Counted from the stretch's first letter, positions 48,924 through 58,884 are shown. The stretch is DNA of 64,000 nucleotides from Dehalococcoidia bacterium (GCA_034432935.1 DAOUBD010000005.1:1054-65053); one strand, 5' to 3'. Translations and numbers: made by a program. Notes: generated by a model not told the origin, from the sequence alone.

Positions 48924-49078
48924 GGGGCGCCTCTCTAGGGAGTTAGTGTCTTCTGTACACTTACTCCGCCGCAACTAGGCTATCACGTTAACGTAAGGGT
49001 GTCAAGCGAAACCGCCGCGAGATACGGCTATCCCCGGGTGTCGGATCTGCCCCGCCCATGCTGGGGCCCCGTAAAGAC

Positions 49079-49158
49079 CCGCTCATGCTGAGGTTCTCGA
49101 AGCATGAGCGGCCCAGGCCACCCGCTCGCCCTTCGACAGGCTCAGGCCGGGCGGGAGA
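49079..49158. repeat. double-hairpin interspersed repeat, locus 1 (hairpin A intact, hairpin B degenerate)
   Basis: The sequence CCGCTCATGCTGAGGTTCTCGAAGCATGAGCGG is followed by CCGCTCGCCCTTCGACAGGCTCAGGCCGGGCGGG. Near-identical copies occur at three further loci. Confidence 0.8.
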
Positions 49159-49183
49159 GGAGATGCATGAGCCCGCGGGGCGC

Positions 49184-49621
49184 CTACCGGCCGGTAGACC
49201 CGTGGCCGCCGGAATCGCGCAACGTGGCGCTGAGCTGATCGGCCTCCTCCAGTTCCGCCTCGGCGATACGGCTAACGACGAGTTGGGCGATGCGGTCGCC
49301 GTGATGCACGATGTGAGGGCCCCGATAAGGAAGCACGTACATCGTCACCAGGAGCTCGCCTCGGTAGTCGCTATCGATGGTCCCGAAGGTGACCATCACT
49401 CCCTGGGCTGATAGACCGGAACGCGGCCGCACCTGGAGGTCGTAGCCCTTCGGCGCCTCCACGGAGATGCCGGTGGGGACGCGCACCGGCTGCTGGCCTA
49501 TCTCCAGCGACGGCGACTCCAGACAGGCGTACAGGTCGAAGCCGGTGGAGCCCTCGGTGGCCTTCTGGGGCATGCGGGCGCCGGGCCGCAGCAGCTTCAC
49601 CCTAACCGCCACCTCAGCCAC
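49184..49621 (-). CDS. dut: dUTP diphosphatase
   Basis: Contains GSTGFDL and GTIDSDYRGEL. Confidence 0.85.
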   Translation of the reverse strand: MAEVAVRVKLLRPGARMPQKATEGSTGFDLYACLESPSLEIGQQPVRVPTGISVEAPKGYDLQVRPRSGLSAQGVMVTFGTIDSDYRGELLVTMYVLPYRGPHIVHHGDRIAQLVVSRIAEAELEEADQLSATLRDSGGHGSTGR

Positions 49622-50507
49622 GGCGGCTGGCCTCCCCGGCCAAACCGTCTTGCCGGATGGTTTGCAAGAAGCGCCAGATCTCCTCCGCTACCGTCTCGGG
49701 CTCCTCCATCGGCGCCAGATGCCCTGCGTTGGGGATGGTGACCAGGAGGGCTCCCGGGATGCGTTCGGCCACCCGCTGGAACATAGACGACATGAAAGGG
49801 TCGGTGGCCTCTCCCCGCATGACCAGCGTGGGGCAACGGATGGCCGGTACGAGGCTCCAGATGTCCAACGAGGCGCTGTTTTCGAAGACCTGGGCCTCTA
49901 CCTCGCCGGAGCACTTTAACTGATAGTGGCCGTCTTCGCGCCGGAAGAGACCGTGCTCGGCGTAGAGCCGCAGGACGTCCTCTCGCCAGCGGGCAAAGGT
50001 CGGCCGGCGGCGATAGGTTTCCACGAGGGCGTGGGGGCTGTCCCAGACCTGGCGCCGCTTGCGGGCAGCCGCGGCCATCGCCTCCCTGGGGCCAGGGGAA
50101 GCGGCGAACTCCGGCGGCTGGATGATGGGTTCGATGAGGCACAGGGCGGACGCGTACTCGGGCCGCTCCGCCGCCAGGCAAGCGGCGGCTGCTCCTCCCG
50201 AGGAGTGGCCGATCAGGGGGACGCCGCGGAGAGCGAAGGCGTCCAGCAGTCCCCGCAGGTCTTCCACCAGAGACCGCCAGTGGTAGCCGTTGGGTGGCTT
50301 ATCGCTATCGCCCTGGCCGCGCAGATCGTAGGCGATGACCCGGTAGCCGTCTGCCAGGCGCAGGGCAACCGGCTCCCAAAGGCGGGCCAAGAATCCGTTG
50401 GCATGGGCCATCACCAGCGGGGGCGCCGCGTCGTTCCCCCACTCGACGTAGTGCAGCCTTATGCCGTTGGCCTTCACGAACCCTTCCCTCAGGTCAACCG
50501 CCGCCAT
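49614..50507 (-). CDS. alpha/beta hydrolase
   Basis: Nucleophile elbow GHSSGG inside an a/b fold. The start is taken at MAAVDLREG. Confidence 0.65.
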   Translation of the reverse strand: MAAVDLREGFVKANGIRLHYVEWGNDAAPPLVMAHANGFLARLWEPVALRLADGYRVIAYDLRGQGDSDKPPNGYHWRSLVEDLRGLLDAFALRGVPLIGHSSGGAAAACLAAERPEYASALCLIEPIIQPPEFAASPGPREAMAAAARKRRQVWDSPHALVETYRRRPTFARWREDVLRLYAEHGLFRREDGHYQLKCSGEVEAQVFENSASLDIWSLVPAIRCPTLVMRGEATDPFMSSMFQRVAERIPGALLVTIPNAGHLAPMEEPETVAEEIWRFLQTIRQDGLAGEASRRG

Positions 50508-50958
50508 CTGTGTCTCCTTGCGCGAACTCAGCGGCGGGCCCGACGGTAGCCGGGCCCCGGGATGCAAGGTGGATGCGCGGGATCAGGGCCCGGTCAAGCT
50601 CTGTGGGGCGCTGGGGTCCCAGCTCCCGGACCCGGGCCAGGCATGCCCCGGCCTCCTGCACCAGGCGCTGCACGTCGATGCCCTGGCAAGATGGCCTGTG
50701 GGGAGCGAGGAGATCGATCCCGCTGCCGAGGAGGGATACGGCGCCCGCGTGGTTGCCGCGCAACAGGTGGTGGAACCCAGCGGCCAGCTTGATCAACCCC
50801 TGGTAGAAGCCGGCCGCCGCTGGGGCGCCGGGCGCCTTGCCCCCGCTCTCCCGCCAGATGTCCTCCAGCGTCTCGTGGCAGTCGTAGAACCGCCACTGGT
50901 TGAACTGGCGGATGGCTTCCGTCAGGATTTCCGGGGCGCTGGCGCTACTACCCATCAC
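50494..50958 (-). CDS. DUF309 domain protein
   Basis: FNQWRFYDCHETLEDIW...QGLIKLAAGFHHLLRGN pattern. Confidence 0.5.
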   Translation of the reverse strand: MMGSSASAPEILTEAIRQFNQWRFYDCHETLEDIWRESGGKAPGAPAAAGFYQGLIKLAAGFHHLLRGNHAGAVSLLGSGIDLLAPHRPSCQGIDVQRLVQEAGACLARVRELGPQRPTELDRALIPRIHLASRGPATVGPAAEFAQGDTDGGG

Positions 50959-51045
50959 CGGCCAGTATAGGGGAGCCGGGGCCCATGAGGAACCGGCGCC
51001 TGAACCGTGCTAATCTACGCCCAGACTAGTGGCAGGAGGTGAGCC

Positions 51046-52038
51046 ATGAAGCTATGTACCTTCCGGGCTGGCAGCCGCTTCGGCGCCATGGAGCGCATCG
51101 GCGCCGTGACGCCTCGGGGGCGCATCGTGGACCTCAATTTCGCTTACGCCCTCGCTCTCACGGAGCGGGAAGGCCATCCCGCGGCCTACGAATTGGCCGA
51201 CGCGCTGATGCCGCCCGACATGATCGCTTTCCTGGCCAATGGCCGGTGGGCGCGCCAGGCGGCCGATGAGGCCTTGGCCCACCTGGGGGACCGGGCCGAT
51301 GACCCATCGACCTCCGGGCCGGAGGGCGAGCGCATCGTCTTCGACCCTGGTGAGGTGCGCCTCCTGGCGCCTTTGCCCCGCCCCAACTCCATTCGCGACT
51401 GTTTGGCCTTCGAGGAGCACGTCAAGAACTCGATGCCGGACCGGCCGATCCCGCCCGCCTGGTACGAGATCCCCATCTACTACAAGGGCAACCCGGATAC
51501 GGTGGCTGCCAGCGGCGACGACGTGGTCTGGCCATCTTATACCAATGTCCTGGACTACGAGCTCGAATTCGCCGCCGTCATCGGGCGGGAGGGGGTCGAT
51601 ATCCCAAAGGAGGAGGCCTGGAACTACATCGCCGGTTATATGGTCTTCAACGATGTCTCGGCCCGGGACATCCAGATGAAGGAGATGTCCTGTATGCTGG
51701 GGCCGGCCAAGGGCAAGGATATGGACGGCGGGAACATCCTTGGCCCCTATCTGGTGACGGCAGACGAGTGGGACCCCCGGGACGGGCATGTGATGACCGC
51801 CCGGGTCAACGGCGAGGAGTGGAGCCGGGGCTTGACCAGCGCCATGTACCACGACTTCGCCACCATCGTCAGCTACATCTCCCAGGGCGAGACCCTGCAC
51901 GTGGGCGATGTCATAGGTTCCGGCACCGTTGGCACAGGCTGTGGCCTGGAGCTGCGGCGTTTCCCCAAGCCTGGCGACGTCATCGAGCTGGAGGTGGAAG
52001 GCCTCGGCGTGTTGCGCAACCGGTTCGTGAAGTTGTAA
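51046..52038 (+). CDS. fumarylacetoacetate hydrolase (FAH) family protein
   Basis: FAH fold with metal-binding motifs (ELE...D) in the C-terminal half, 330 aa. Confidence 0.75.
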   Translation: MKLCTFRAGSRFGAMERIGAVTPRGRIVDLNFAYALALTEREGHPAAYELADALMPPDMIAFLANGRWARQAADEALAHLGDRADDPSTSGPEGERIVFDPGEVRLLAPLPRPNSIRDCLAFEEHVKNSMPDRPIPPAWYEIPIYYKGNPDTVAASGDDVVWPSYTNVLDYELEFAAVIGREGVDIPKEEAWNYIAGYMVFNDVSARDIQMKEMSCMLGPAKGKDMDGGNILGPYLVTADEWDPRDGHVMTARVNGEEWSRGLTSAMYHDFATIVSYISQGETLHVGDVIGSGTVGTGCGLELRRFPKPGDVIELEVEGLGVLRNRFVKL

Positions 52039-52068
52039 GGGCGCTAGGCCCAGGACGGGAGGTCTGAT

Positions 52069-53010
52069 ATGAGCACTGCACATGTCGAAGAGCACGCGGA
52101 CGTGCCCCCGCCGAAGGTGGAAGAGGTGAGCCCTGGCCTCTTCGCCTACGTCCAACTCGACGGCTCCTGGGGGCTGAACAACACCGGCTTCATCGTGGGC
52201 AGCGATGGCGTCCTGGTCATCGACACCTGCTTCACCGAGCGGCGCTCGCGCTGGTTCCAGGAGGCTATCCGTCGCACGGCAGGAGACCGGCCCTTGCGGA
52301 CCCTGGTGAACACCCATCACCACGGGGACCACACTCACGGCAACTGGCTTTTCCTGCCTGTGGCCACCATCATCGGACACGAGCGTTGCCGGGCGGAGGT
52401 GTTGGCGGCCGGAACCACCACCACGGGCCTGTTCCCCGGCGTGGAGTGGGGAGAGATTCGGGTGGCGCCCCCCTTCGTAACCTTCGAGGACCGGCTGAAC
52501 GTGTACATCGATGACCTGAGGGTCGAGCTGATTTTCGTCGGGCCGGCGCACACCACTAACGATATCGTGGCCTGGGTTCCGGAGCGAAGGGTCCTCTACG
52601 CCGGCGACATCATCTTCCACCAAGGCACGCCCTTCGCCATGATGGGCTCCATCGCCGGTTGGCTGAAGGCCCTGGAGCGTCTCCAGGCCCTGGACATCGA
52701 GACCATCGTACCGGGCCACGGCCCCGTCTGCGGTCCGGAGGTCATCACTGCCGTGGCAGACTACCTGCGCTTCGTGCAGGACGTTGCGAGGCGAGGGTTC
52801 GAGGCTGGCCTGCCGCCCCTGGAGGTGGCCCGTCAGACAGACCTCGGCCGATTCGCCTCCCTGCTGGACAGCGAGCGCCTGGTAGGCAATCTGCACAGGG
52901 CCTACAGCGAACTGCGAGGGGAGCCTCTCGGCACGCCTCTGCCCCTGCCAGGGGTGGTAGCAGAGATGGTGGCCTATAACGGAGGCAGGATGCCCCGCTG
53001 CCTCGCCTAG
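52069..53010 (+). CDS. MBL-fold metallo-hydrolase
   Basis: HHHGDHTHGN motif. Confidence 0.65.
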   Translation: MSTAHVEEHADVPPPKVEEVSPGLFAYVQLDGSWGLNNTGFIVGSDGVLVIDTCFTERRSRWFQEAIRRTAGDRPLRTLVNTHHHGDHTHGNWLFLPVATIIGHERCRAEVLAAGTTTTGLFPGVEWGEIRVAPPFVTFEDRLNVYIDDLRVELIFVGPAHTTNDIVAWVPERRVLYAGDIIFHQGTPFAMMGSIAGWLKALERLQALDIETIVPGHGPVCGPEVITAVADYLRFVQDVARRGFEAGLPPLEVARQTDLGRFASLLDSERLVGNLHRAYSELRGEPLGTPLPLPGVVAEMVAYNGGRMPRCLA

Positions 53011-53726
53011 CGGGGCACGAGGCGACGGCGACTCCTGCCCCCCAGCTCGTAGGAGCGCACGACGCGTAGGTGGGGCGTGCCCACGGAGATCCGGGCCGCC
53101 ACCAAGTCGACGCGGCCTACTTGAAACGTTGGCCCTGTTAGCGCCCTGTCCCGCAGCTCGGCTACCACCGTCTTCAACTGGGCTAGAGCCTCGCCGGAAG
53201 CAAAGCGGGCGATGCTGATGTGCGGCAGGAAATCGGGGCCATCGAAAGGCTGACGGGGGAGTCCGGGTATCTCCTCCAAGAGGCGGATGTTCATCTCTCG
53301 CACCGGCAGCCCATCCAGCACCTCCACGAAGGCGACCTCCGGGAAGCAGTTCACCCGGCCCAGACGGACGGTGAAAGGGGGCTGGCAACTGAACAGGCTA
53401 GCGGCGGACTGAGAGATGCGCTCCAGATCCGCTTGGCAGACGGCGTCAGGGCCACCTGGTCCCTCTGCCAGAAACCCCAAGCCCTTTACCGTGACGTGCC
53501 AGTAGTCCTCTGAGTACGGTTCGATGCCGGGCAAGGAAGCCAGGCGAGCGGCGAGGGGGCGCAGGTAGGCCCTGGCCCCAGGGTCATCGATGCGGATCAG
53601 AAAGGCGGCGTACTCCTGGCCGCCGTGGGCCGAGGGCGACTCCAGCGTGTCGGGCACGAGGGTGAGGCGCTGCAACGCCAGGAAGCGCGACCAGGCCACT
53701 TCGAACTCGGCGTCGATGTTCTTCAC
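53007..53726 (-). CDS. 2H-phosphoesterase (LigT/2'-5' RNA ligase-like) family protein
   Basis: Two HxT/S motifs (HVTVKG and HISIARF). Confidence 0.55.
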   Translation of the reverse strand: MKNIDAEFEVAWSRFLALQRLTLVPDTLESPSAHGGQEYAAFLIRIDDPGARAYLRPLAARLASLPGIEPYSEDYWHVTVKGLGFLAEGPGGPDAVCQADLERISQSAASLFSCQPPFTVRLGRVNCFPEVAFVEVLDGLPVREMNIRLLEEIPGLPRQPFDGPDFLPHISIARFASGEALAQLKTVVAELRDRALTGPTFQVGRVDLVAARISVGTPHLRVVRSYELGGRSRRRLVPR

Positions 53727-53808
53727 GGCTTAAGGTTAGCCTGGCCGGTCGTCCCAGAACAGGGCCATTGCGTTCGGGCGTCCTTGGCCTAGGCGGATTG
53801 CGCGTATC

Positions 53809-54035
53809 TCATGCTTCGAGAGCCTCAGCATGAGCGGGGGTGTGCTCGCGGTACCGCGCGTCTTCCCGCTCGCCCTGAGCCCTGTCGAAGGGCGAGCGGG
53901 GTGTACGGCTCATGCTTCGAGAACCTCAGCATGAGCGGGTCCAAGACGCCGAAGCACCCCTTCCCGCTCGTCCTGAGGCACTCGAAGGGCGAGCGGAGTA
54001 TGCGGCTCATGCTTCGAGAACCTCAGCATGAGCGG
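53809..54035. repeat. double-hairpin interspersed repeat, locus 2: tandem array A-B-A-B-A with ~100-bp period
   Basis: Three copies of CTCATGCTTCGAGARCCTCAGCATGAGCGG alternate with two copies of CCCGCTCG(C/T)CCTGAG(C/G)C(C/A)(C/T)(T/-)(G/-)(T/-)CGAAGGGCGAGCGG. Confidence 0.85.
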
Positions 54036-54058
54036 GGTGTGCAGGTTGGGAGACCCCT

Positions 54059-55642
54059 TTACGGATGTCCCCATGCGCCGCCGCCGGGAGTCTCCAGCGT
54101 CAGGCGGTCTCCGGGCTGCACCTTCAGTTGGACCTTGGAAGGGAGCATCTCCAGCCCATCGGCGCCTGCCCTCCTCAGGGTGTTCCGTCCGGGGGCGCCA
54201 GGGCCGCCGCCGGCCAGGCCCCAGGGCGCGAGGCGACGGCGCTCCGTGAGGAGGGTCACAGTGGCCGGGGCCAGAAACTCCCATGTGCGTACGATGCCGT
54301 CGCCGCCCTTGTGGCGCCCCTGACCCCCGGAACCGCGGCGGATGCCGTACTCGACGATGCGCAGGGGGTAGGCCATCTCCAAGGCCTCGATGGGGGTGTT
54401 CATGGTGTTGGTCATGTGCGTCTGGACGGCGTCCAGCCCGGGCGCCGTGGGGCTCCCGCCGGCGCCGCCGCCCACTGTCTCGTAATAGGCGTAGACGGTC
54501 CCGCTTGCCGGGTCGCGTCCGCCCATGGCGACGTTGTTCATGGTACCTGCGCTGGCGGCAGGGATCAGGCCCGGCAGCGCCTGGGCCAGGGCCCCAAGGA
54601 CGCAATCGACGATGCGTTGAGACGTCTCGACGTTCCCGCCAGCCACCGCCCGGGGCGGGCTGGCGTTCACGACGCTGGCTGGCGGCAGCGCGATGGTGAT
54701 GGGCCGGAAGCACCCCTCGTTGGCCGGCACCAGCTCGCCGCCCCGGGCGGCCTCCAACAGGCAGCGGGCGGCGTAGTACACCGCCGAGCGGGTGACGGAG
54801 GCGACGGCGTTAACGGAGGACGGTCGCTCAGGGGCGGAGCCATCGAAGTCGCAGTGCAGCGTGCCATCCCGGGCTACGATGCGCACCCGGATGGGCACCG
54901 GCTCGGCAGCGACGCCATCGTCGTCGAGGAAGTCCTCGAAGCGGTACTCGCCGTCTGGGATCGTCTGCAGGGCTGCCCGCATCATGCGCTCGGCGTAGTC
55001 CATGAGGTCGGCGCTGAGGCGGCGCCAGCGGGTAGGGCCGATGCGCCGGACGATCTCCCCCAGGCGCCGCACGCCCGTATGCTGGGCGGCCAGTTGGGCG
55101 TCCAGATCACCCTGCCTTTCCCAGGGGGCCCGCATGTTGCGCAACATAAGCTCCAGGACCGCCCGGTTCAGCCTCCCGCGCTCGTAGAGCTTGACGGGCG
55201 GGATGACCAACCCCTCCTGGAGGAGTTCTTCCGCGAGGGGCATCGAACCGGGACTCATGCCGCCAACATCGGCGTGGTGGGCTCTCGACGCCACGAAGCC
55301 CACCAGACTTTTGCCCGAGAAGACCGGCGAGACCATAGTGATGTCCGGCAGATGGGTGCCCCCAAGATAGGGGTCGTTCAGGATCACGGTGTCGCCCGGC
55401 GCGAAGGGCGCGAGGGGGAGGGCGGCCTGGACGGCGGCAGGCATCGCCCCAAGGTGCACCGGGATGTGGGCGGCCTGGGCCACCAGGCGCCCGGCGGGGT
55501 CGAAGACGGCGCACGAGTAGTCGTGCCGCTCCTTGATGTTAGGCGAATGCGCCGTGCGGCCCAGGGTCACCCCCATCTCCTCGGCCACGGAGGAGAAGAG
55601 CGCCGCGGCGATGCTGAGCTCGGCGGGGTCCCATTTAGGCAT
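54059..55642 (-). CDS. hyuB: hydantoinase B/oxoprolinase family protein
   Basis: HyuB-like sequence (ILNDPYLGGTHLPDIT). The true start MPKWDP overlaps the hyuA stop by a few bp. The longest-ORF N-terminal extension was rejected. Confidence 0.8.
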   Translation of the reverse strand: MPKWDPAELSIAAALFSSVAEEMGVTLGRTAHSPNIKERHDYSCAVFDPAGRLVAQAAHIPVHLGAMPAAVQAALPLAPFAPGDTVILNDPYLGGTHLPDITMVSPVFSGKSLVGFVASRAHHADVGGMSPGSMPLAEELLQEGLVIPPVKLYERGRLNRAVLELMLRNMRAPWERQGDLDAQLAAQHTGVRRLGEIVRRIGPTRWRRLSADLMDYAERMMRAALQTIPDGEYRFEDFLDDDGVAAEPVPIRVRIVARDGTLHCDFDGSAPERPSSVNAVASVTRSAVYYAARCLLEAARGGELVPANEGCFRPITIALPPASVVNASPPRAVAGGNVETSQRIVDCVLGALAQALPGLIPAASAGTMNNVAMGGRDPASGTVYAYYETVGGGAGGSPTAPGLDAVQTHMTNTMNTPIEALEMAYPLRIVEYGIRRGSGGQGRHKGGDGIVRTWEFLAPATVTLLTERRRLAPWGLAGGGPGAPGRNTLRRAGADGLEMLPSKVQLKVQPGDRLTLETPGGGAWGHP

Positions 55643-57665
55643 AGGCGCCTCGGCTAAGTACGAGGTTGCCCCGCGGGTCGACTGTTCCGCGCCACCCTGG
55701 CGGGATGACCGTCGTGGAGTCCATCTGCACGACGATGGCCGGTCCGCCCACTTCGGCGCCCGCCGGTAGCGAATCTCGGGGGTAGATGGGCGTAAGGACG
55801 GGCCTCCTGTCGAACCAAACGTCCCGGCGGGCCGCCGGCGCCACGCGGGCAGACAGACGGCGGGCGGGGGCAGGGGAGGATGGCAGGGCGGGACCGGGCA
55901 ACACCAGCCGCAGCCGCAGGTCCACCACCTCGACGGGCCGCTCCGGATCAGCGTGGCCATAGCGCTCCCGATGGGCGGCGTGGAAGGCTGGCAGGAACGA
56001 CGTGGGGGCCAGGGAATCGGCAGGCACCGGGAGTTCATAGGACTGCCCGGCGTAGCGCATCTCCAGGATCGGTTGGGCCGAAAGCCCCTCCGTCTCGAAG
56101 CCTTCCCTTTCCAGCTCTGACCGGCCGCGGGCTAGAAGGGCCGAACGTAGCCGCGCCAACTGAGCGATCTCCCCCTCGTCGCGCGGTGCGTCGAGCCGCA
56201 GGTGGACGGCCGCCCGCAGGTCCTTGACGATGGGCGCCGCTGCCATGCCGAGGGCCGAGAGCACGCCGGGGTGCGGCGGAACGATGACCTGCGGGATGCC
56301 CAAGGCCTCTGCCAACTCGCAGGCGTGCAGGGGGCCAGCACCGCCGAAGGCTACCAGGGTGAAGAGGCGTGGATCGTGGCCCCGCTCTACCGAGACCATA
56401 CGCAAGGCACGCTCCATGTTGGCGTTGGCCACCTTCAAGACCGCCGCTGCTGCCCGCCGCGGGTCCCCCCCGAACGGCCCGGCTAGGCGGCGCAGGGCCT
56501 GCTCCGAGGCCTGGGGGAGCAACGGCATGCGCCCGCCCAGGAAGTGCTCCGGTTGGATGCGGCCCAGGAGGACGTGAGCGTCCGTTACGGTGGCATCGAG
56601 GCCCTTGCCGTAGCAGGCGGGGCCAGGGTCGGCTCCGGCGCTTTCCGGACCCACCCGCAGGGCGCCTCCAGCGTCGATAGAGGCGATCGAACCGCCGCCC
56701 GCGCCCACGCTCACCACGTCCAGCGCCGGGCCGCGGAGGGGCAGTCCTCCCACCAGCGCCTCCTCCCGTTCGAGAAGGCGCCCTGGGCAGAGGCCGACGT
56801 CTGTGGACGTGCCGCCCATATCGAGGGTGATGACGTTCTCATAGCCAGCCTGGCGGGCTAGAGCGTAGGCCCCGGCCACGCCCCCGGCCGGTCCGGAAAG
56901 GACCGTGCGAACGGCCAGGCGAGCCGCCTCTTGGGCGCTCATACTGCCGCCGTTGGAGGCCATCACCCGCAGGCGGCGGATGCCGCGGCGCCGTAGCCCA
57001 TCGGCGAGGTGCGAGAGGTAGCGGGCCATCACCGGCGCTACGTAGGCGTTAGCCACCGTAGTGCTGGCCCGCTCATACTCGCGGTGTTCCGGCAGCACCT
57101 CGTAGGAGGCGGAGACCGAAAGTCCCCTTCGCCGGGCAGCCTCGGCCACCATGCGTTCGTGGGTAGGGTTGAGGAAGGAGAAGAGAAAGCAGACCGCCAA
57201 GGACTCCGCGCCGGCGTCCAGCACACGCTCCAACAGTCGCTCCACCTCCGCCGGGTCCAACGGGCGTAGGGCTTCTCCGCGCCGGTCCAGGCGCTCGCTT
57301 GCCTCCAGGCGTAGCTCCTCGGGTACGAGCGGCGGCTCGCGCCGCGGGGCGAGGTCGTACAGCCGGGGCCGGGTCTGACGGCCTATGGCCAGGACGTCCC
57401 GGAACCCCTCGGTGGTGATGAGGGCGGTGCGGGCGCCCCGCCGCTCGATTATGGCGTTGGTGGCCACGGTGGATCCGTGGACGACCTCGATCTGCGGGGC
57501 GCGAAGGGCGCGCCGGGCCTCCCGGAGCATCCTGGAGAGCCCTTCCAGAACGGCACGGGCCGGGTCGCCCGGCGTCGATGGGCACTTGTAGACGGCGGCT
57601 GTGCCGTCTCCCAATACGAGATAGAAGTCCGTAAACGTGCCGCCGGTGTCAACGCCCAGGATCAC
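55635..57665 (-). CDS. hyuA: hydantoinase A/oxoprolinase family protein
   Basis: MILGVDTGGTFTDF N-terminal ASKHA fold, 676 aa. Confidence 0.8.
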   Translation of the reverse strand: MILGVDTGGTFTDFYLVLGDGTAAVYKCPSTPGDPARAVLEGLSRMLREARRALRAPQIEVVHGSTVATNAIIERRGARTALITTEGFRDVLAIGRQTRPRLYDLAPRREPPLVPEELRLEASERLDRRGEALRPLDPAEVERLLERVLDAGAESLAVCFLFSFLNPTHERMVAEAARRRGLSVSASYEVLPEHREYERASTTVANAYVAPVMARYLSHLADGLRRRGIRRLRVMASNGGSMSAQEAARLAVRTVLSGPAGGVAGAYALARQAGYENVITLDMGGTSTDVGLCPGRLLEREEALVGGLPLRGPALDVVSVGAGGGSIASIDAGGALRVGPESAGADPGPACYGKGLDATVTDAHVLLGRIQPEHFLGGRMPLLPQASEQALRRLAGPFGGDPRRAAAAVLKVANANMERALRMVSVERGHDPRLFTLVAFGGAGPLHACELAEALGIPQVIVPPHPGVLSALGMAAAPIVKDLRAAVHLRLDAPRDEGEIAQLARLRSALLARGRSELEREGFETEGLSAQPILEMRYAGQSYELPVPADSLAPTSFLPAFHAAHRERYGHADPERPVEVVDLRLRLVLPGPALPSSPAPARRLSARVAPAARRDVWFDRRPVLTPIYPRDSLPAGAEVGGPAIVVQMDSTTVIPPGWRGTVDPRGNLVLSRGAYA

Positions 57666-57802
57666 AGCAAGAGTGTACGACAGATGCGGCCCGCCGGCAG
57701 GTGCCCGTGCGACAGCAGTCGAAGCGAGCGGCGGCAGGACGCCCGCGGTCCGCGTGAAACCTGCCCTCCGGTATCTCGCGGTCAGCGGTAGGCAGGTGCG
57801 AT

Positions 57803-57937
57803 CCGCTCATGCTGAGGTTCTCGAAGCATGGGGCCGCAGGCAGCGCCGCTCGCCCTTCGAGTGCCTCAGAGCGAGCGGGAAGAAGCACGCTATGGCAAAC
57901 AGACCCCCGCTCATGCTGAGGCTCTCGAAGCATGGGG
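57803..57937. repeat. double-hairpin interspersed repeat, locus 3 (A-B-A; A copies carry a CATGGGG variant)
   Basis: The array reads CCGCTCATGCTGAGGTTCTCGAAGCATGGGG, then CCGCTCGCCCTTCGAGTGCCTCAGAGCGAGCGG, then a second A copy. Confidence 0.85.
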
Positions 57938-58020
57938 CCGCAGGCCTCAGCGTTCCGTTAACGTGAAGGTTATGGTATCCTGCGGGCAACCCCAGCGCGC
58001 AAAAGCACGAAAGAAGGCCT

Positions 58021-58716
58021 ATGGGCACGATAATCGACATGCATGTCCATACGATGGTGGGCTCCATGGACAGCGACATCTCGCCGAAGCGTCTGGCCGA
58101 GGCCGCCAACGGCGCCGGCCTGCGGGGCCTGGCCCTCACGGAGCACGTCAACCAGTGGCGGCCCGATGAGATCCAGCGGCTCCGCGAGGAGACGGGGCTA
58201 CTTCTCATCAACGCTCGCGAGTGGTCTACAGACATGGGCCACATCGGCGTCTTCGGGCTGCCCTCGGAGGTGCGCGACATCCGGCGAGCGCGGGACCTCC
58301 GGGCCGCCTGTGACGAGTATGGGGCCTTCATGGTTTTGTGCCATCCGTTCCGCTACTACCCCGGGCCCTCCAGCATCCTCTTTGGCCATCGCCGCGACGC
58401 CCAGCCCGTAGCCATCGATGAGCTGGCGGAGCACCCAGTCTTCACGCTGGCCGACGCCATCGAGGTGCTGAACGGGGGTTGCATCGAACGCGAGAACCGG
58501 CTGGCCCAGGAGGTGGCGCGGCACCTTGGGCTCCCCATGACGGGCGGCAGCGACGCCCATATGCCCCTCGAGATCGGCCGTTACGCTACGATGTTCGAGA
58601 AGGAGTTACGGGACCCCGATGACCTGCTGGCCGAGCTGCGAGCCGGCCGTTTCCATCCTGTAGCCCTGGACAAGACGACCGGTAGGTATCTCCCCTTGGC
58701 GGGCGTGTCCGGCTAG
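58021..58716 (+). CDS. PHP (polymerase/histidinol-phosphatase) domain protein
   Basis: N-terminal IDMHVHT and C-terminal GGSDAH motifs. Confidence 0.6.
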   Translation: MGTIIDMHVHTMVGSMDSDISPKRLAEAANGAGLRGLALTEHVNQWRPDEIQRLREETGLLLINAREWSTDMGHIGVFGLPSEVRDIRRARDLRAACDEYGAFMVLCHPFRYYPGPSSILFGHRRDAQPVAIDELAEHPVFTLADAIEVLNGGCIERENRLAQEVARHLGLPMTGGSDAHMPLEIGRYATMFEKELRDPDDLLAELRAGRFHPVALDKTTGRYLPLAGVSG

Positions 58717-58884
58717 CGACCTCGCCCCGAGGCCCCGGGCGCCGCCGGGAGCGGGGCGATACGGTGTTCCGGAGCGCACCGGATTCCAATCCTTTCCCAA
58801 TCTGTGCTCGCTAACATGCTGCCCAGCGGGAGGTGATCCAGTGAATCAAGGGCGGCAGGGGCGGGTTCTCTTGCGAGGGCCAAA

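Noticed and set aside
49058-49411. 117-aa ORF beginning MLGPRKDPLMLRFSKHERPRP
   Set aside because: The N-terminus is simply the translation of repeat hairpin A, and the same pseudo-peptide PLMLR(L/F)SKHE appears at every repeat locus. The rest is antisense to dut.
53809-54035. Regularly spaced ~30-bp direct repeats that could suggest a CRISPR array
   Set aside because: The apparent spacers are themselves a second conserved repeat (hairpin B). There are only three units. The repeats are strongly palindromic with loops, no cas genes are nearby, and identical units occur singly at other loci. This fits REP/BIME-like elements.
55643-56038. 132-aa N-terminal extension of the hyuB ORF overlapping the 3' end of hyuA
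   Set aside because: The extension is Pro/Arg/Cys/Trp-rich and overlaps the well-supported hyuA C-terminus. HyuB homologs start near MPKWDP.
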